From the NCBI GenBank assembly GCA_963724765.1, contig CAVRVY010000003.1, forward strand, positions 544,001 to 608,000: a stretch of 64,000 bases of DNA, in the 5' to 3' direction. Made by a program: the position numbers and the translations under genes. Shown in pieces: positions 8,711-18,480 of the stretch; position 1 is the first letter of the stretch, and each line of letters opens with the position of its first letter. The notes under the pieces are model-generated. The model did no database searches. It worked only from the letters and a program-made list of their open reading frames with translations, and was not told the DNA's origin. Source of the DNA: an uncultured delta proteobacterium. Lineage in GTDB: Bacteria > Desulfobacterota > Binatia > Binatales > Binataceae.

Positions 8711-10354
8711 ATGAAGCGCATGGGCTGTATCGCGCAGCGCGCTGTCACCAGCCGCGATCGCAAAGCTTCGCGCGCCGCCGACCCCGCCACCGGCGGGCGA
8801 GTCGAGCTTCCGTCGCTCAAGCCGCTGCGCGTGCTGGTCGCCGGCGAAGTAATCCTCGACCGCTACATCATGGGCGACGTCGCGCGCATCTCGCCCGAAG
8901 CGCCGATTCCGATCCTGCAAGTCAAGCGGATCGAGGAGCGGCCGGGCAATGCGGGTTTCGTGATGGCAAACCTGCGCGCGCTGGGAGCGCGAGTGAGCGC
9001 GCTCAGCGTGGTCGGCGCCGATCGCAACGGTGCTTTGCTGCGCGAGATGTTCAGCGACCTCGGGATCGAGACGCGCTCAGTGCTGGTCGACCCCGATCGC
9101 CCGACGATCGTCAAGGAGCGGATGCTGGGGTCGGTGCAATCGGCCAACCGTGCCACCCAGCAGCTTCTGCGCGTCGACCAGGAAGCTCCGCATCCGCTCA
9201 GCCCGGCCAAAGAGCGCGCGCTCACGCGCCATCTCGAGCGCGAGCTGGCGCGGGTCGACGGCGTGCTCATCTCGGACATCAACAAGGGCCTGCTGACGCC
9301 GGGGCTCCTGCGCCGGCTTATCGACGGCGCGCGCCGCCGCAAGGTCCCGGTCATCGTCGATCCGCGCCTGAGCGAGGATTTCTCAATCTATAGCGGCGCG
9401 ACCGCGCTCACACCCAATCGTTACGAGACCGAGTTCGCCACTGGCACCCGCCTGGTCGACCGCGACGCGTGGATGCGCGCGGCGGATGAGCTGATGCGCC
9501 GGCTGAAACTCGACGCCTGCCTGGTGACTCTCGACCGCGACGGCATGTATCTTAGCGAGCGCCGCGGCCCGCATACTTATATCGCGACCACGCCGCGCGC
9601 GGTCTACGACGTGACCGGCGCGGGCGACGTGGTGCTGGCGGTGTTCGGCCTGTTTACGATCGCGGGGCTGAGTTTTGCCTCGGCGGCGCGGCTGGCGAAT
9701 CTCGCCGCGGGGATCGAGGTCAGCCGGCTCGGCACCGAGATAATCTCGCGCGAGGACCTCGCGCGCGCTCTCAACCCCGGACCCGAGAGCGCGCAGCGCA
9801 AGATCGTCGCGGTCGAGGAACTGCGCCCGGCGCTCGAGCGCCATCGTAACGCGGGCCGGCGAGTGGTCTTCACCAACGGATGCTTCGACCTGCTGCACGC
9901 CGGACATATCGAGATGCTCTCGTTCGCGCGCGCGCAGGGCGATGCGCTGGTGGTGGGAGTCAACAGTGACCGCAGCGTGCGCCTCATCAAGGGCGATAGC
10001 CGCCCGATCTATCCGGCCGTCGAGCGGGCGCTGATTCTGGCCGCGCTCGAGGTGGTCGATTACGTAGTGGTGTTCGACGAGACGCGCGCCGAGCGTATCG
10101 TCCGCGCCGTCCACCCCGACGTGCTGGTTAAGGGCGAAGACTGGCGCGACAAAACCGTCGATGGGCAGATCTTCGTGGAATCCTACGGCGGACGCGTCGC
10201 GCTTGCGCCGTTGTTGCCCGGTTACGGTACGACCCTGACCGTCGAGCGCCTGCGCGCCACCCCGGCTCGCGGCGCCGCCGCCGAGTCAGCGCTTAAGGGC
10301 GCGAAAGCCAAACCGCGCGGCAAGAAAGCTCATCGCGCGCTCAAGCTCCGGTAG
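8711..10354 (+). CDS. hldE: Bifunctional heptose-7-phosphate kinase / heptose-1-phosphate adenylyltransferase (start uncertain)
   Basis: ILDRYIMGDVARISPEAPIP, DVTGAGD (PfkB), VFTNGCFDLLHAGH (cytidylyltransferase). Confidence 0.93.
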   Translation: MKRMGCIAQRAVTSRDRKASRAADPATGGRVELPSLKPLRVLVAGEVILDRYIMGDVARISPEAPIPILQVKRIEERPGNAGFVMANLRALGARVSALSVVGADRNGALLREMFSDLGIETRSVLVDPDRPTIVKERMLGSVQSANRATQQLLRVDQEAPHPLSPAKERALTRHLERELARVDGVLISDINKGLLTPGLLRRLIDGARRRKVPVIVDPRLSEDFSIYSGATALTPNRYETEFATGTRLVDRDAWMRAADELMRRLKLDACLVTLDRDGMYLSERRGPHTYIATTPRAVYDVTGAGDVVLAVFGLFTIAGLSFASAARLANLAAGIEVSRLGTEIISREDLARALNPGPESAQRKIVAVEELRPALERHRNAGRRVVFTNGCFDLLHAGHIEMLSFARAQGDALVVGVNSDRSVRLIKGDSRPIYPAVERALILAALEVVDYVVVFDETRAERIVRAVHPDVLVKGEDWRDKTVDGQIFVESYGGRVALAPLLPGYGTTLTVERLRATPARGAAAESALKGAKAKPRGKKAHRALKLR

Positions 10355-11968
10355 CCGCATCCACCACGCAATCCCCAGATAGACCGCGCCGTAAGTGGGC
10401 AGCACCGCGAGCGCCATCAGCCGCGGTCCGGCATGCCCCATGCCAAGCTTCACCGCCCATCCGGCCGCGCTCGCGACCAGCGCGATCGCCCACAGCCGCG
10501 CCACGAGCCCGCGTCCCAGCCCCGTGTGACCGATTCTCGAATTGAGTTTCCATCGCAACAGCGCGAATTCGACCCACGCGGCAATTCCGGCCGAGGCGGT
10601 CAGACCCGCCACGCCCCAGCGCTGGGCGATTCCGATCGCGGGCGGCAGCGGAATCGCGCACAGGTATCCGAATCCCAGCGTCAGGGTGAAGCGGACGAGC
10701 GCGAACTTAAGCGGCGTGCGCGTATCCTCAAGCGCGTAGAAGGCCGAGTTGTACAGCCGGCCCATCGTCGCCGCCAGCATCCCCACCGCCGACCCGGCCA
10801 GCACCGCCCATACGTACACCGCGTCGCGATGGGTGAAGCTGCCGGACTGAAAGATCAGCGCCGAGACCACGTCGCCGAGAAACAGAAACGCCGCCGCCGA
10901 GGGCACGACCAGAAAAGCGATCTGCCGCAGGCCCGCGTCCAGGCGCAGCCGCAAAAGCTGCGATACTTCCTCGAAGGTGCCGGCCGCGCGCGACATGCTC
11001 GGCAATTCGGCCGCCGCGACCGACATCCCGAACAGGCTTATCGGCAGCAGGTACAGGATGCTCGCGTAGCTGAGCGCCGAGACCGCGCCGGTGGGTAGCA
11101 GGCTCGCGAGCAGGTTGTCGACGTAGCCGGAAATCTGGCTCGCGCCGCGCCCGGCGACGACCGGGGTGAGATTGCGAAAGACCGTGCTCAGAGCCGTGCG
11201 CGTGCGTGCAAAATCGATCCGTAGGCGGCCGACCAGCGCCAGGGTTTGCGGCGCCTGCACCGCTATCTGCAGGAACGCGCCAACGACCGCGCTCCACGCG
11301 AGGTCGATCGCCAACGCATCCTGCGAACGGCGGGGCCCGTAGTAGATAAGCGCGGCGATGATCGCGAGATTCCATGCGACCGGCGCGGTATAGGAAGCGA
11401 AGAAGCGATGATGGCTGTTGAGCACGCCGAGACACCAGGCCGATAACACCAGCAGTCCCGCGCCGGGGAACAGGATGCGCACCAGCGTGACCGTGAGCTC
11501 GCGCTTGGCGCCGGTGAATCCCGGAGCGATCACTGCGATCAGCCACGGCGTGGCCCACACTCCCAGCGCGACCAGGATCGCAACCCCGAGCGCGAGCAGC
11601 GTGCCCACGCCCCACGCCAGAGTCTCGGCCGTCTCTGCGTCGCCCTCGCTTAAGAGCTTGCTGTAGACCGGGATGAAGGAGGCCGAGAGCACGCCCTCGC
11701 CGAAGAGGTTTTGCAGGATATTGGGAATGCGGATGCCGGCCTTGAAGGCGTCGGCGGCGTCGGAGTTGCCGAGATAGTGCGCGAAGACGCTTTCGCGGAC
11801 GAGGCCGGCGATACGGCTCAGCAGGATACCGGCCGCGACCAGCCATGCGAGGTTGGGGCCCAGGCGCGCGGCGAGAAGCCGGCCGGCGGCGGAATCCGCG
11901 GGCGCGGCGGCATGCGGTCCTGGCGCCGCTGGCTGATTGTGCGAGCCGGTTACGATGTTGAAGCGCAC
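10286..11968 (-). CDS. murJ: Lipid II flippase MurJ (start uncertain)
   Basis: LLSRIAGLVRE, ADAF...RIPNILQNLFGEGVLSASFIPVY, AFYALEDTRTP. Confidence 0.93.
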   Translation of the reverse strand: MRFNIVTGSHNQPAAPGPHAAAPADSAAGRLLAARLGPNLAWLVAAGILLSRIAGLVRESVFAHYLGNSDAADAFKAGIRIPNILQNLFGEGVLSASFIPVYSKLLSEGDAETAETLAWGVGTLLALGVAILVALGVWATPWLIAVIAPGFTGAKRELTVTLVRILFPGAGLLVLSAWCLGVLNSHHRFFASYTAPVAWNLAIIAALIYYGPRRSQDALAIDLAWSAVVGAFLQIAVQAPQTLALVGRLRIDFARTRTALSTVFRNLTPVVAGRGASQISGYVDNLLASLLPTGAVSALSYASILYLLPISLFGMSVAAAELPSMSRAAGTFEEVSQLLRLRLDAGLRQIAFLVVPSAAAFLFLGDVVSALIFQSGSFTHRDAVYVWAVLAGSAVGMLAATMGRLYNSAFYALEDTRTPLKFALVRFTLTLGFGYLCAIPLPPAIGIAQRWGVAGLTASAGIAAWVEFALLRWKLNSRIGHTGLGRGLVARLWAIALVASAAGWAVKLGMGHAGPRLMALAVLPTYGAVYLGIAWWMRLPELERAMSFLAARFGFRALKR

Positions 11969-12231
11969 TCCTTTGGGGCGTCGCGCTAGAGTATAGCGGC
12001 GCGCCGCGACGGCTTGTAGGCGGTACCTCCACAATCGAGCGCACCGGGCGACGCCGCATCGACGCCACCGCGCGCGCGCTCGCTTGTGCCGACCGGCGGG
12101 CGTGTCTAAGCTCCTGAATTCGGCGCGGCCAACAGCGCGCAAGGGAGGGCAAGCCCACGTTCGCGGTCAGCAATACGGCATCACCGGACCGTTTCGATAT
12201 CGAGCAATGGATCAACCTCGAGGCGATCCAG

Positions 12232-12552
12232 TTGCTCGTCCATCACGCGAGCGCCGTGATCGCCGCGATCGTTATCTTCGCGCTGGTCGCGCGGCTCGCA
12301 ATCTGGCTGCTGCCGCACGGCTTGGTCCGCAAGGTCGTGGTGGTCATCGACGACGTCGTTTTGATCGGGCTGCTGCTGTATTTCGGCTACGAGATGCTTG
12401 TCTACCTCTGGAACCGGCGGCCGCCGCTGCAGCGCAACTCCGCGATCGGAGCCGCTCTCGCCACCGTCGAGGCTTACCTGCCGCCCCCGATCGCGAAGCC
12501 TTTGGGCGAGGTCGCATACGCGCTCGTGCGGCTTATCGCCGTCCCGTGGTAA
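12232..12552 (+). CDS. Small membrane protein; true start probably upstream, near 12157
   Basis: Two hydrophobic helices and GC3-rich codons, directly upstream of hemW. Confidence 0.6.
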   Translation: MLVHHASAVIAAIVIFALVARLAIWLLPHGLVRKVVVVIDDVVLIGLLLYFGYEMLVYLWNRRPPLQRNSAIGAALATVEAYLPPPIAKPLGEVAYALVRLIAVPW

Positions 12553-12600
12553 CCGGCGCCTCGCGGGCATAAGCTTTAAGCAAGGCCGGGGCGGCCCGCG

Positions 12601-13788
12601 ATGCTCACCGGGAACGACAATAGCCACGGGGCGAAGGCCTTTTCGCTCTACCTGCACATCCCATACTGTCAATCCAAATGCCCGTATTGTGATTTCAACT
12701 CGCATGCCGTGGCGAGCTGGCCTGAGGACGATTATGTTCGCGCGCTCGTAGCAGAGATCGAGCGCCGCGCCGGCGAAGATCCGTGGGCGCGACGGCGGCT
12801 CAAGACGATCTTCTTTGGCGGCGGCACGCCGTCGCTGTTTCGGCCCGAGTCGATCGCTGCAGTCCTGGCCGCAGCCGAGCGCAACTTCGGCCTCGAGCGC
12901 GGCGCCGAGGTCACGCTGGAGGCTAATCCTGGGACGATCGACGCGGCCAAGCTTGGCGGGATGCGCGCGGCCGGGATCAATCGAATCAGCTTCGGCGCGC
13001 AATCGTTCAACGATGAGCGGCTTAAGTTTCTCGGCCGTATCCACGGCGCGGCGGAGACTCGCGAGGCTGCCCGTCTCGCGCATCGCGCGGGCTTCGAGCG
13101 CCTCAACCTCGACCTCATCTTCGCGGTCCCCGGGCAGAGCGTCGATGAAACGCTCAACGACATCGCGGAGGCCGCCGCGCTCGGTCCCGATCATATCTCG
13201 GCCTACAACTTGACCTTCGAGGAAGGCACCGCGTTCTTCACCGAGATGAAGCGCGGACGAATCCGGCCGATCGACTCCGACCGGCAGGCCGAGTTCTACG
13301 CTGCGGTGCGCGAGGAACTGCCGCGGCGCGGCTATAAGATGTACGAGATTTCCAATTACGCGCCGCCCGGCCACGAGGCCCGGCATAATCTGAGTTATTG
13401 GCGGCTGGAGAGTTACCTGGGCCTCGGCGCTGGAGCGCATAGCTTCGCGCGCGAGGACAGTGGCGGCGGCGGCCGGCGATGGTGGAACGAGCGCATGCCC
13501 GCTCGCTACGTCGAGCAGGCGCTTAAGGGCGGCCTTGCGGAGGCGGGCGGCGAGACGGTTGACGCCACAAGCGCGCGGGGCGAGTTCGTGTTTTTGAATT
13601 TGCGGCTGCGCGACGGATTTGCGCTCGCCGATTTCGAGACGCGCTTCGGCGAGAGCTTTGACTGCGTGTTTGGCGCGCGCGCCGCGCGGCTCTTCGAGGG
13701 CGATCTACTGGTTCGCGACGACGGCCGGATTTATCTGAGCGAGCGCGGCCTGGAACTCGCCGATTCGGTCTTCGCTGAGTTCATCTAG
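12601..13788 (+). CDS. hemW: Radical SAM heme chaperone HemW
   Basis: LYLHIPYCQSKCPYCDFNS (CxxxCxxC), IFFGGGTPS, YEISNYA, RHNLSYW (HNxxYW). Confidence 0.93.
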   Translation: MLTGNDNSHGAKAFSLYLHIPYCQSKCPYCDFNSHAVASWPEDDYVRALVAEIERRAGEDPWARRRLKTIFFGGGTPSLFRPESIAAVLAAAERNFGLERGAEVTLEANPGTIDAAKLGGMRAAGINRISFGAQSFNDERLKFLGRIHGAAETREAARLAHRAGFERLNLDLIFAVPGQSVDETLNDIAEAAALGPDHISAYNLTFEEGTAFFTEMKRGRIRPIDSDRQAEFYAAVREELPRRGYKMYEISNYAPPGHEARHNLSYWRLESYLGLGAGAHSFAREDSGGGGRRWWNERMPARYVEQALKGGLAEAGGETVDATSARGEFVFLNLRLRDGFALADFETRFGESFDCVFGARAARLFEGDLLVRDDGRIYLSERGLELADSVFAEFI

Positions 13789-13790
13789 CG
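13733..13790 (+). repeat. Copy 1 of a degenerate ~58-bp direct repeat (hemW 3' end)
   Basis: atctgagcgagcgcggcctggaactcgccgattcggtcttcgctgagttcatctagcg aligns with 15163-15222. Confidence 0.85.
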
Positions 13791-13953
13791 GATTTCGATC
13801 CTCAGATTCGCCATCGCTTACCTGCTCCGTCGGCGCGGTTCAGAACTATCAGTGGATTCGTGAGCGCACGGGGCTTGCTCCATCGGTGCGGGTGCGCTAC
13901 CTGAGTTCCCACACCTACCCGTATTAATTTCGCCGTCGTGCCCGAGGCCAAGC

Positions 13954-15168
13954 TTGGCGCCGAATAACGATATCGAGGATCAGTTCTCAAGCGCGGTAAA
14001 ATCCGCGCTCGACTCGCCAGTACGGGTCGCCCCGCCTTCCGAGGCGGTCGCCTTACCGGCGCAGGCGGACCGCCCGAGGAGGCGCATCCGCGCATGGGGC
14101 CGCGCTCTGCTAGGTCTGGCCTTAGCTGCGATAGCGGCAGTCGTCGTTGTTACGGTCCTGCACGTACGACGCGGTAGCGTGGCGCCGCCCCCAGCCGCCG
14201 AGATAGCTGCCGCGGCAGCGGAACCGACGCCGGCTGCAACAACGGCCGCAACACCAGCGGCGACCCCGGCGGTCAGCGCCTCGACGGCTCCCACGACGAC
14301 CGGCTCATCAGCGGCCATCCCCTCCGGCGCATCTTCTGCCACGGCGGCCAGCGTATCGCCCGCCGCCGAAGAATCAACGGCTGCCATGCCTGCGGTGACG
14401 GTCCAGGGATCCGGTACACCGGCTTCAACGTTGAGTATTAACAACGAACTGCAACAACCCCTCACCACGCCCTCCGCTCCGCCGCGCCACGCGCAAGTCT
14501 CACGCACGCGCGGGACCGCGAGTGGGTCAAGGAGGTCTTCCACATCAGCTCAAACGCGCCATCGGGCAACAGCGGAAGCGCTCGCTTCTGCCCGCGGCTT
14601 ACAATCCGGCTTGCCAAACCGATCTGCAAAAGCGCAAACCGCGCGGGCAAGCGGGAGCTCTCCGATTGGCGATGCCGAAAAGCAGGCGTCAGCCCGCAAG
14701 CCGTCGCCCGCAAGCCCGGTCTCTGAATCGCGGATTCCTGCGATCGCTGCCGTCGCTCCAGCGACTCGAACGACCGCTGAAAGCGCGAACGCGCCCGCTG
14801 CTTCAACCTTACCGGCGCGATCCGTGCTGGTTTCATCGCCGGACCACTCGGTGTACTGGGCGCTCGAAGACTCCGGGACGATTTTCCGCTCGACTGACCA
14901 AATGAGCTGGCAGCAACAAGGTAGCGGCGTGCGATTCGATTTGTTGGCCGGCCAGGCGCCATCAAACACGGTCTGCTGGGCGGTCGGACGTCACGGCACG
15001 ATCTTGCTCACGACCGACGGCAAGCGATGGCAGCGAATAAAATCGCCGACCAATGCCGACATCGTTGGCGTGTCGGCCCTCAGCGCCGATGTCGCTGACA
15101 TCGTTGTTGCTGACGGTTCACACCTTAGCACTATCGACCGGGGCAGCTATTGGATGCCGACCATCTGA
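13954..15168 (+). CDS. Membrane-anchored protein with an Ala/Pro/Ser/Thr linker and a C-terminal YCF48/BNR-like beta-propeller segment
   Basis: TM ALLGLALAAIAAVVVVTVL; C-terminal GTIFRSTD..SW, CWAVGRHGTILLTTDGKRW. Confidence 0.7.
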   Translation: MAPNNDIEDQFSSAVKSALDSPVRVAPPSEAVALPAQADRPRRRIRAWGRALLGLALAAIAAVVVVTVLHVRRGSVAPPPAAEIAAAAAEPTPAATTAATPAATPAVSASTAPTTTGSSAAIPSGASSATAASVSPAAEESTAAMPAVTVQGSGTPASTLSINNELQQPLTTPSAPPRHAQVSRTRGTASGSRRSSTSAQTRHRATAEALASARGLQSGLPNRSAKAQTARASGSSPIGDAEKQASARKPSPASPVSESRIPAIAAVAPATRTTAESANAPAASTLPARSVLVSSPDHSVYWALEDSGTIFRSTDQMSWQQQGSGVRFDLLAGQAPSNTVCWAVGRHGTILLTTDGKRWQRIKSPTNADIVGVSALSADVADIVVADGSHLSTIDRGSYWMPTI

Positions 15169-15222
15169 GCGAGCCCGGCCTTGGAACTCGCCGACTCGAT
15201 GTTCTCCGAACTCAATCCAGCG
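15163..15222 (+). repeat. Copy 2, a decayed hemW 3'-end fragment
   Basis: atctgagcgagcccggccttggaactcgccgactcgatgttctccgaactcaatccagcg, with substitutions and two 1-nt insertions relative to copy 1. Confidence 0.85.
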
Positions 15223-15254
15223 AGCGGCCAACCCATGCCGAGCGAAAGTCGTAG

Positions 15255-16892
15255 TCAGCCGAGGCGGGCGGCGACGATTTCGGCCACGCGCGCGGGCGTG
15301 GTGAGGCGGATGAAAACTCCCAGCCGCGGTCCACGCTCCTGGCCCAGAAGAACGCGATAGAGCAGCGGAAAAATCTTTCCCGGCTTGTCGTAGTGCTGGC
15401 GGCCGAGTTCGTAAATTGCCTTTTCGATCTCCTCGGCTTCCGCCTCGGCGTTTTGCGCAAGCCAGGCGCTGAGCGCGCGCAACTGCTCTCGCTCGCCGTC
15501 GCTGGGCGAATAGTGATATTTGGCCGGCTCGATGAAGTCGCGGTAGAAATTGAGCGCACATTCCATCAGGTCGCGCGTCATCTTCATCGTGTCCGCGTCG
15601 CCCTCGATCGCGGGATCGTAGTGCACCAGGTAGCGCCAGATAAGCTCGCGCTCGCCGCTGCCCAGCGCTCCAACCAGGTTCATCACGAGGCCAAAGCTGA
15701 GCGTCGAGTTGAAACGCCGGGCGCTTTGGCTTTGCAGTACGAACTCCAACGGCGAGTTGCGCCGCGCACGCTCGTCCGCGGCGCTCCATTTACGCAGCTC
15801 TTCGAGATATTCGTCGGTGTACTGCGGAATCGATTCCAGGAAAAGTTTGCGCGCCCGCCGCGGATTCAGAATCAGGAAATACCTGAGCACTTCGATCGGC
15901 GCGTAACGCCGCCACTGCTCGACGCCAACCCCGCGGCCGATCGACTTCGATACCTTGTGCCCCTCCTCGTCGAGATACATCTCGAACGCGAAGCCGAGCG
16001 GCGGCCGGCCGCCGAGCAGGCGCAAAATCTGGCCCGAGAGCCGCGCCGAATCGATCAGGTCCTTGCCATAAAGCTCGTAATCGACCTGCAGCACGTACCA
16101 TCTGAGCGCCCAGTCGACTTTCCACTGCACCTTGGCCCTGCCGCCGAGCACGCTCTGCTCGCCCTTGAAGCCGCAGCCCTCGGCGCCGCCGAAACTGCGC
16201 TCACAGGAAAACTCGACGGTGGCGCGCTCGGAATGGTACGCCGTCACCAGGGTCGAGTTGATCTGCCCGCACGCGGGACAGAGCGGCATCACGGGCGACC
16301 ATCCGGCGCGGTTCTCTTCGCGCAGCGTCGGCGTGACGATACGAATTATCTCGGCGTGTTTGGCGAGGATCAGTTTGAGCGCGTCGTCGAAACGGCCGCT
16401 TGAGTACATCTCGCTCGAGCGCATCAGCTCGTAGCTGACCTCGACCGGCTCGAGGAATTTTTCGAGCAGTCCGATCATGTGCGCGCCGAAGCTTGGATGG
16501 CATCCGCCAAAGGGGTCGGGAATCCGCGAGACTGGCTGACCAAGAAAGGCCGCAGTCGCCTCGCGGTTGGGGATGCTTTCGGGAACCTTGCGCAGCCCGT
16601 CCATGTCGTCGATGAAAACGATGAGCCGGCTGAGACGGCGGTAAGCGGCGGCGCCGGGGTCGGCTTCGCCGAGGGTTTCACCCAGAACCTGGCCAAGGAT
16701 CTTGAAGGCATGCTGGACGTAGGCGGGGCGCAGCACTTCGCCCATCGTGCCCAGGTGCGGCAGACCCGAGGGACCGAAGCCGCTTTCGAAGATTACCTCG
16801 CGATCGGTCGGGTAATTGCCGACCCGCTCGGCGAGCCGCCGGGCCTCTTCATAGGGCCAGAGGTCGAGTTCCGTTCGCTCGGCGGGCGCCAT
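15255..16892 (-). CDS. lysS: Lysine--tRNA ligase, class I
   Basis: WPYEEA, ESGFGPSGLPHLGT (HIGH-like), DDMDGLRKVP, KVQWKVDWALRW, GKDL, KVSKS (KMSKS-like), RGPRLG. Confidence 0.93.
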   Translation of the reverse strand: MAPAERTELDLWPYEEARRLAERVGNYPTDREVIFESGFGPSGLPHLGTMGEVLRPAYVQHAFKILGQVLGETLGEADPGAAAYRRLSRLIVFIDDMDGLRKVPESIPNREATAAFLGQPVSRIPDPFGGCHPSFGAHMIGLLEKFLEPVEVSYELMRSSEMYSSGRFDDALKLILAKHAEIIRIVTPTLREENRAGWSPVMPLCPACGQINSTLVTAYHSERATVEFSCERSFGGAEGCGFKGEQSVLGGRAKVQWKVDWALRWYVLQVDYELYGKDLIDSARLSGQILRLLGGRPPLGFAFEMYLDEEGHKVSKSIGRGVGVEQWRRYAPIEVLRYFLILNPRRARKLFLESIPQYTDEYLEELRKWSAADERARRNSPLEFVLQSQSARRFNSTLSFGLVMNLVGALGSGERELIWRYLVHYDPAIEGDADTMKMTRDLMECALNFYRDFIEPAKYHYSPSDGEREQLRALSAWLAQNAEAEAEEIEKAIYELGRQHYDKPGKIFPLLYRVLLGQERGPRLGVFIRLTTPARVAEIVAARLG

Positions 16893-16932
16893 CAGCGATC
16901 GTTCCTTACGGCGTTTATATTCCTTATGACTA

Positions 16933-17145
16933 TCATATCTTGCCCTTGAGCACGCGCGCCAACGCCTCGTGCAGCCAGGGATCGATCTGGAGGTCGCGGT
17001 TCTTTTCCGAGGCGAGACGCAACTTCACGCCGCAATTGGCACATATAAAGGCGTCTTGGCTAAATCCTGCACGGTCCTCCACGGCCAAATGCAGGAACCA
17101 TTCGTTTATCGGACGCCGGCAGATTTCGCAACTTTGTTCGCTCAT
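16933..17145 (-). CDS. Small protein with two CxxC motifs (putative zinc ribbon)
   Basis: 70 aa with CEIC and CANC; same strand as lysS and 40 nt upstream of it. Confidence 0.6.
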   Translation of the reverse strand: MSEQSCEICRRPINEWFLHLAVEDRAGFSQDAFICANCGVKLRLASEKNRDLQIDPWLHEALARVLKGKI

Positions 17146-17376
17146 CGTATGGCAGACACGGGGGCGCTCGATGGTTATACCATTGATAGGGTCAGGGAGG
17201 GCGTGTTAGAGGTTTTTTCTCCAGACCAGTCGGCTGCCGTGGTGGAACCTTCGGGTTACATACTACCCTAAACCTCCTAAGGATTCGGGGCCTCCGGAGC
17301 GGCGGGCGGCTTCGGCGTGGGCCAGGGCTGGAACGGCCGAGCTGCTTTAGGCTCATTGGCGAATTTTTCCTGCTTC

Positions 17377-18393
17377 ATGGACGATCATCTGACAAAGCAC
17401 AAAATCAAGGAACTGCGGGCGTTGGTATCAGAGGGCGACCGGGTCGCTATCCTGTTGCAGGACGATCCCGATCCCGACGCGATGTCGAGCGCGATTGCGC
17501 TGCGCACGCTCCTGGGCCGCAACAAGCTCACCACGCCGATCTTCAGCTTCACTCCGGTCACCCGGCCGGAGAACAAGACCATGATGCATCTGCTGGAGAT
17601 TGAGATCGCGCCGGCCGACACCGAGGAACTCGCCGCGTTTGACCGGGTGGCGATGGTCGACGTGCAGCCGCCCTACTTCAACGGCCGCCTGCGCCGCGCC
17701 GACATCGTAATCGACCATCATCAGGGCTACGCGCCGAACAACGCCGCCTTCCAGGACGTACGCCCCGGCTATGGCGCCACCGCCACCATCATGACCGAGT
17801 ACCTGGTCGCTGCCGACGAGCGGATCAGCGAGCGCCTGGCCACCGCGCTGCTCTACGGCATCCGCAGCGACACGCTGATGCTCAAGCGGCGGGTGACCGA
17901 CAACAACATCCAAGCCTTCACCCAACTCTACCCGCACGCCAACTACAGCCTGTTGCGCCAGATCGACCGGCCCGAACTGCCCACGCGCTTCGCTCGCGTG
18001 CTGGCGCGGGTGATGCGCCGCTTCGAGGTCCACGACGGCGTCGCGCTGTTGCATCTCGGCCGCGTCGAGCGCGACGACCTGATCGTGCAGATGGCGGACT
18101 TCTGCCTGCAGTTCGAAGGCGTGGAATGGGTGGTGGTATCGGGCAAACTCGACAACAACCTGGTGATCGCGGTACGCAATCACGGGATCGGGCGGCGCAA
18201 TGCGGGCGAGGTCGTGCGTAAGCTGTTCGGCGAGATGGGCAGCGCCGGCGGCCATCGCAACATGTCCAAGGCGGTGATCGCGCTGAAGGATTGGCGCGCG
18301 AAAGAGCATACGCTGCGCGACAGCGCAATCGAAGCCCGCCTGCGCGAACTGTTCGAGGCGCAAATCAGCGGCGACAACGGCGCCGACGACTGA
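17377..18393 (+). CDS. DHH/DHHA1 family phosphoesterase (NrnA-like)
   Basis: DPDPDAMSSA, IVIDHH, GIRSDT, SAGGH. Confidence 0.9.
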   Translation: MDDHLTKHKIKELRALVSEGDRVAILLQDDPDPDAMSSAIALRTLLGRNKLTTPIFSFTPVTRPENKTMMHLLEIEIAPADTEELAAFDRVAMVDVQPPYFNGRLRRADIVIDHHQGYAPNNAAFQDVRPGYGATATIMTEYLVAADERISERLATALLYGIRSDTLMLKRRVTDNNIQAFTQLYPHANYSLLRQIDRPELPTRFARVLARVMRRFEVHDGVALLHLGRVERDDLIVQMADFCLQFEGVEWVVVSGKLDNNLVIAVRNHGIGRRNAGEVVRKLFGEMGSAGGHRNMSKAVIALKDWRAKEHTLRDSAIEARLRELFEAQISGDNGADD

Positions 18394-18480
18394 TCCGCAT
18401 ACGTCTGGCGAAACCTGCACATGCCTTTAACTGCGCGAGGCCGGTTTACGGCCCGCGCGCCAGCGTCTATCGTGGAGTTG

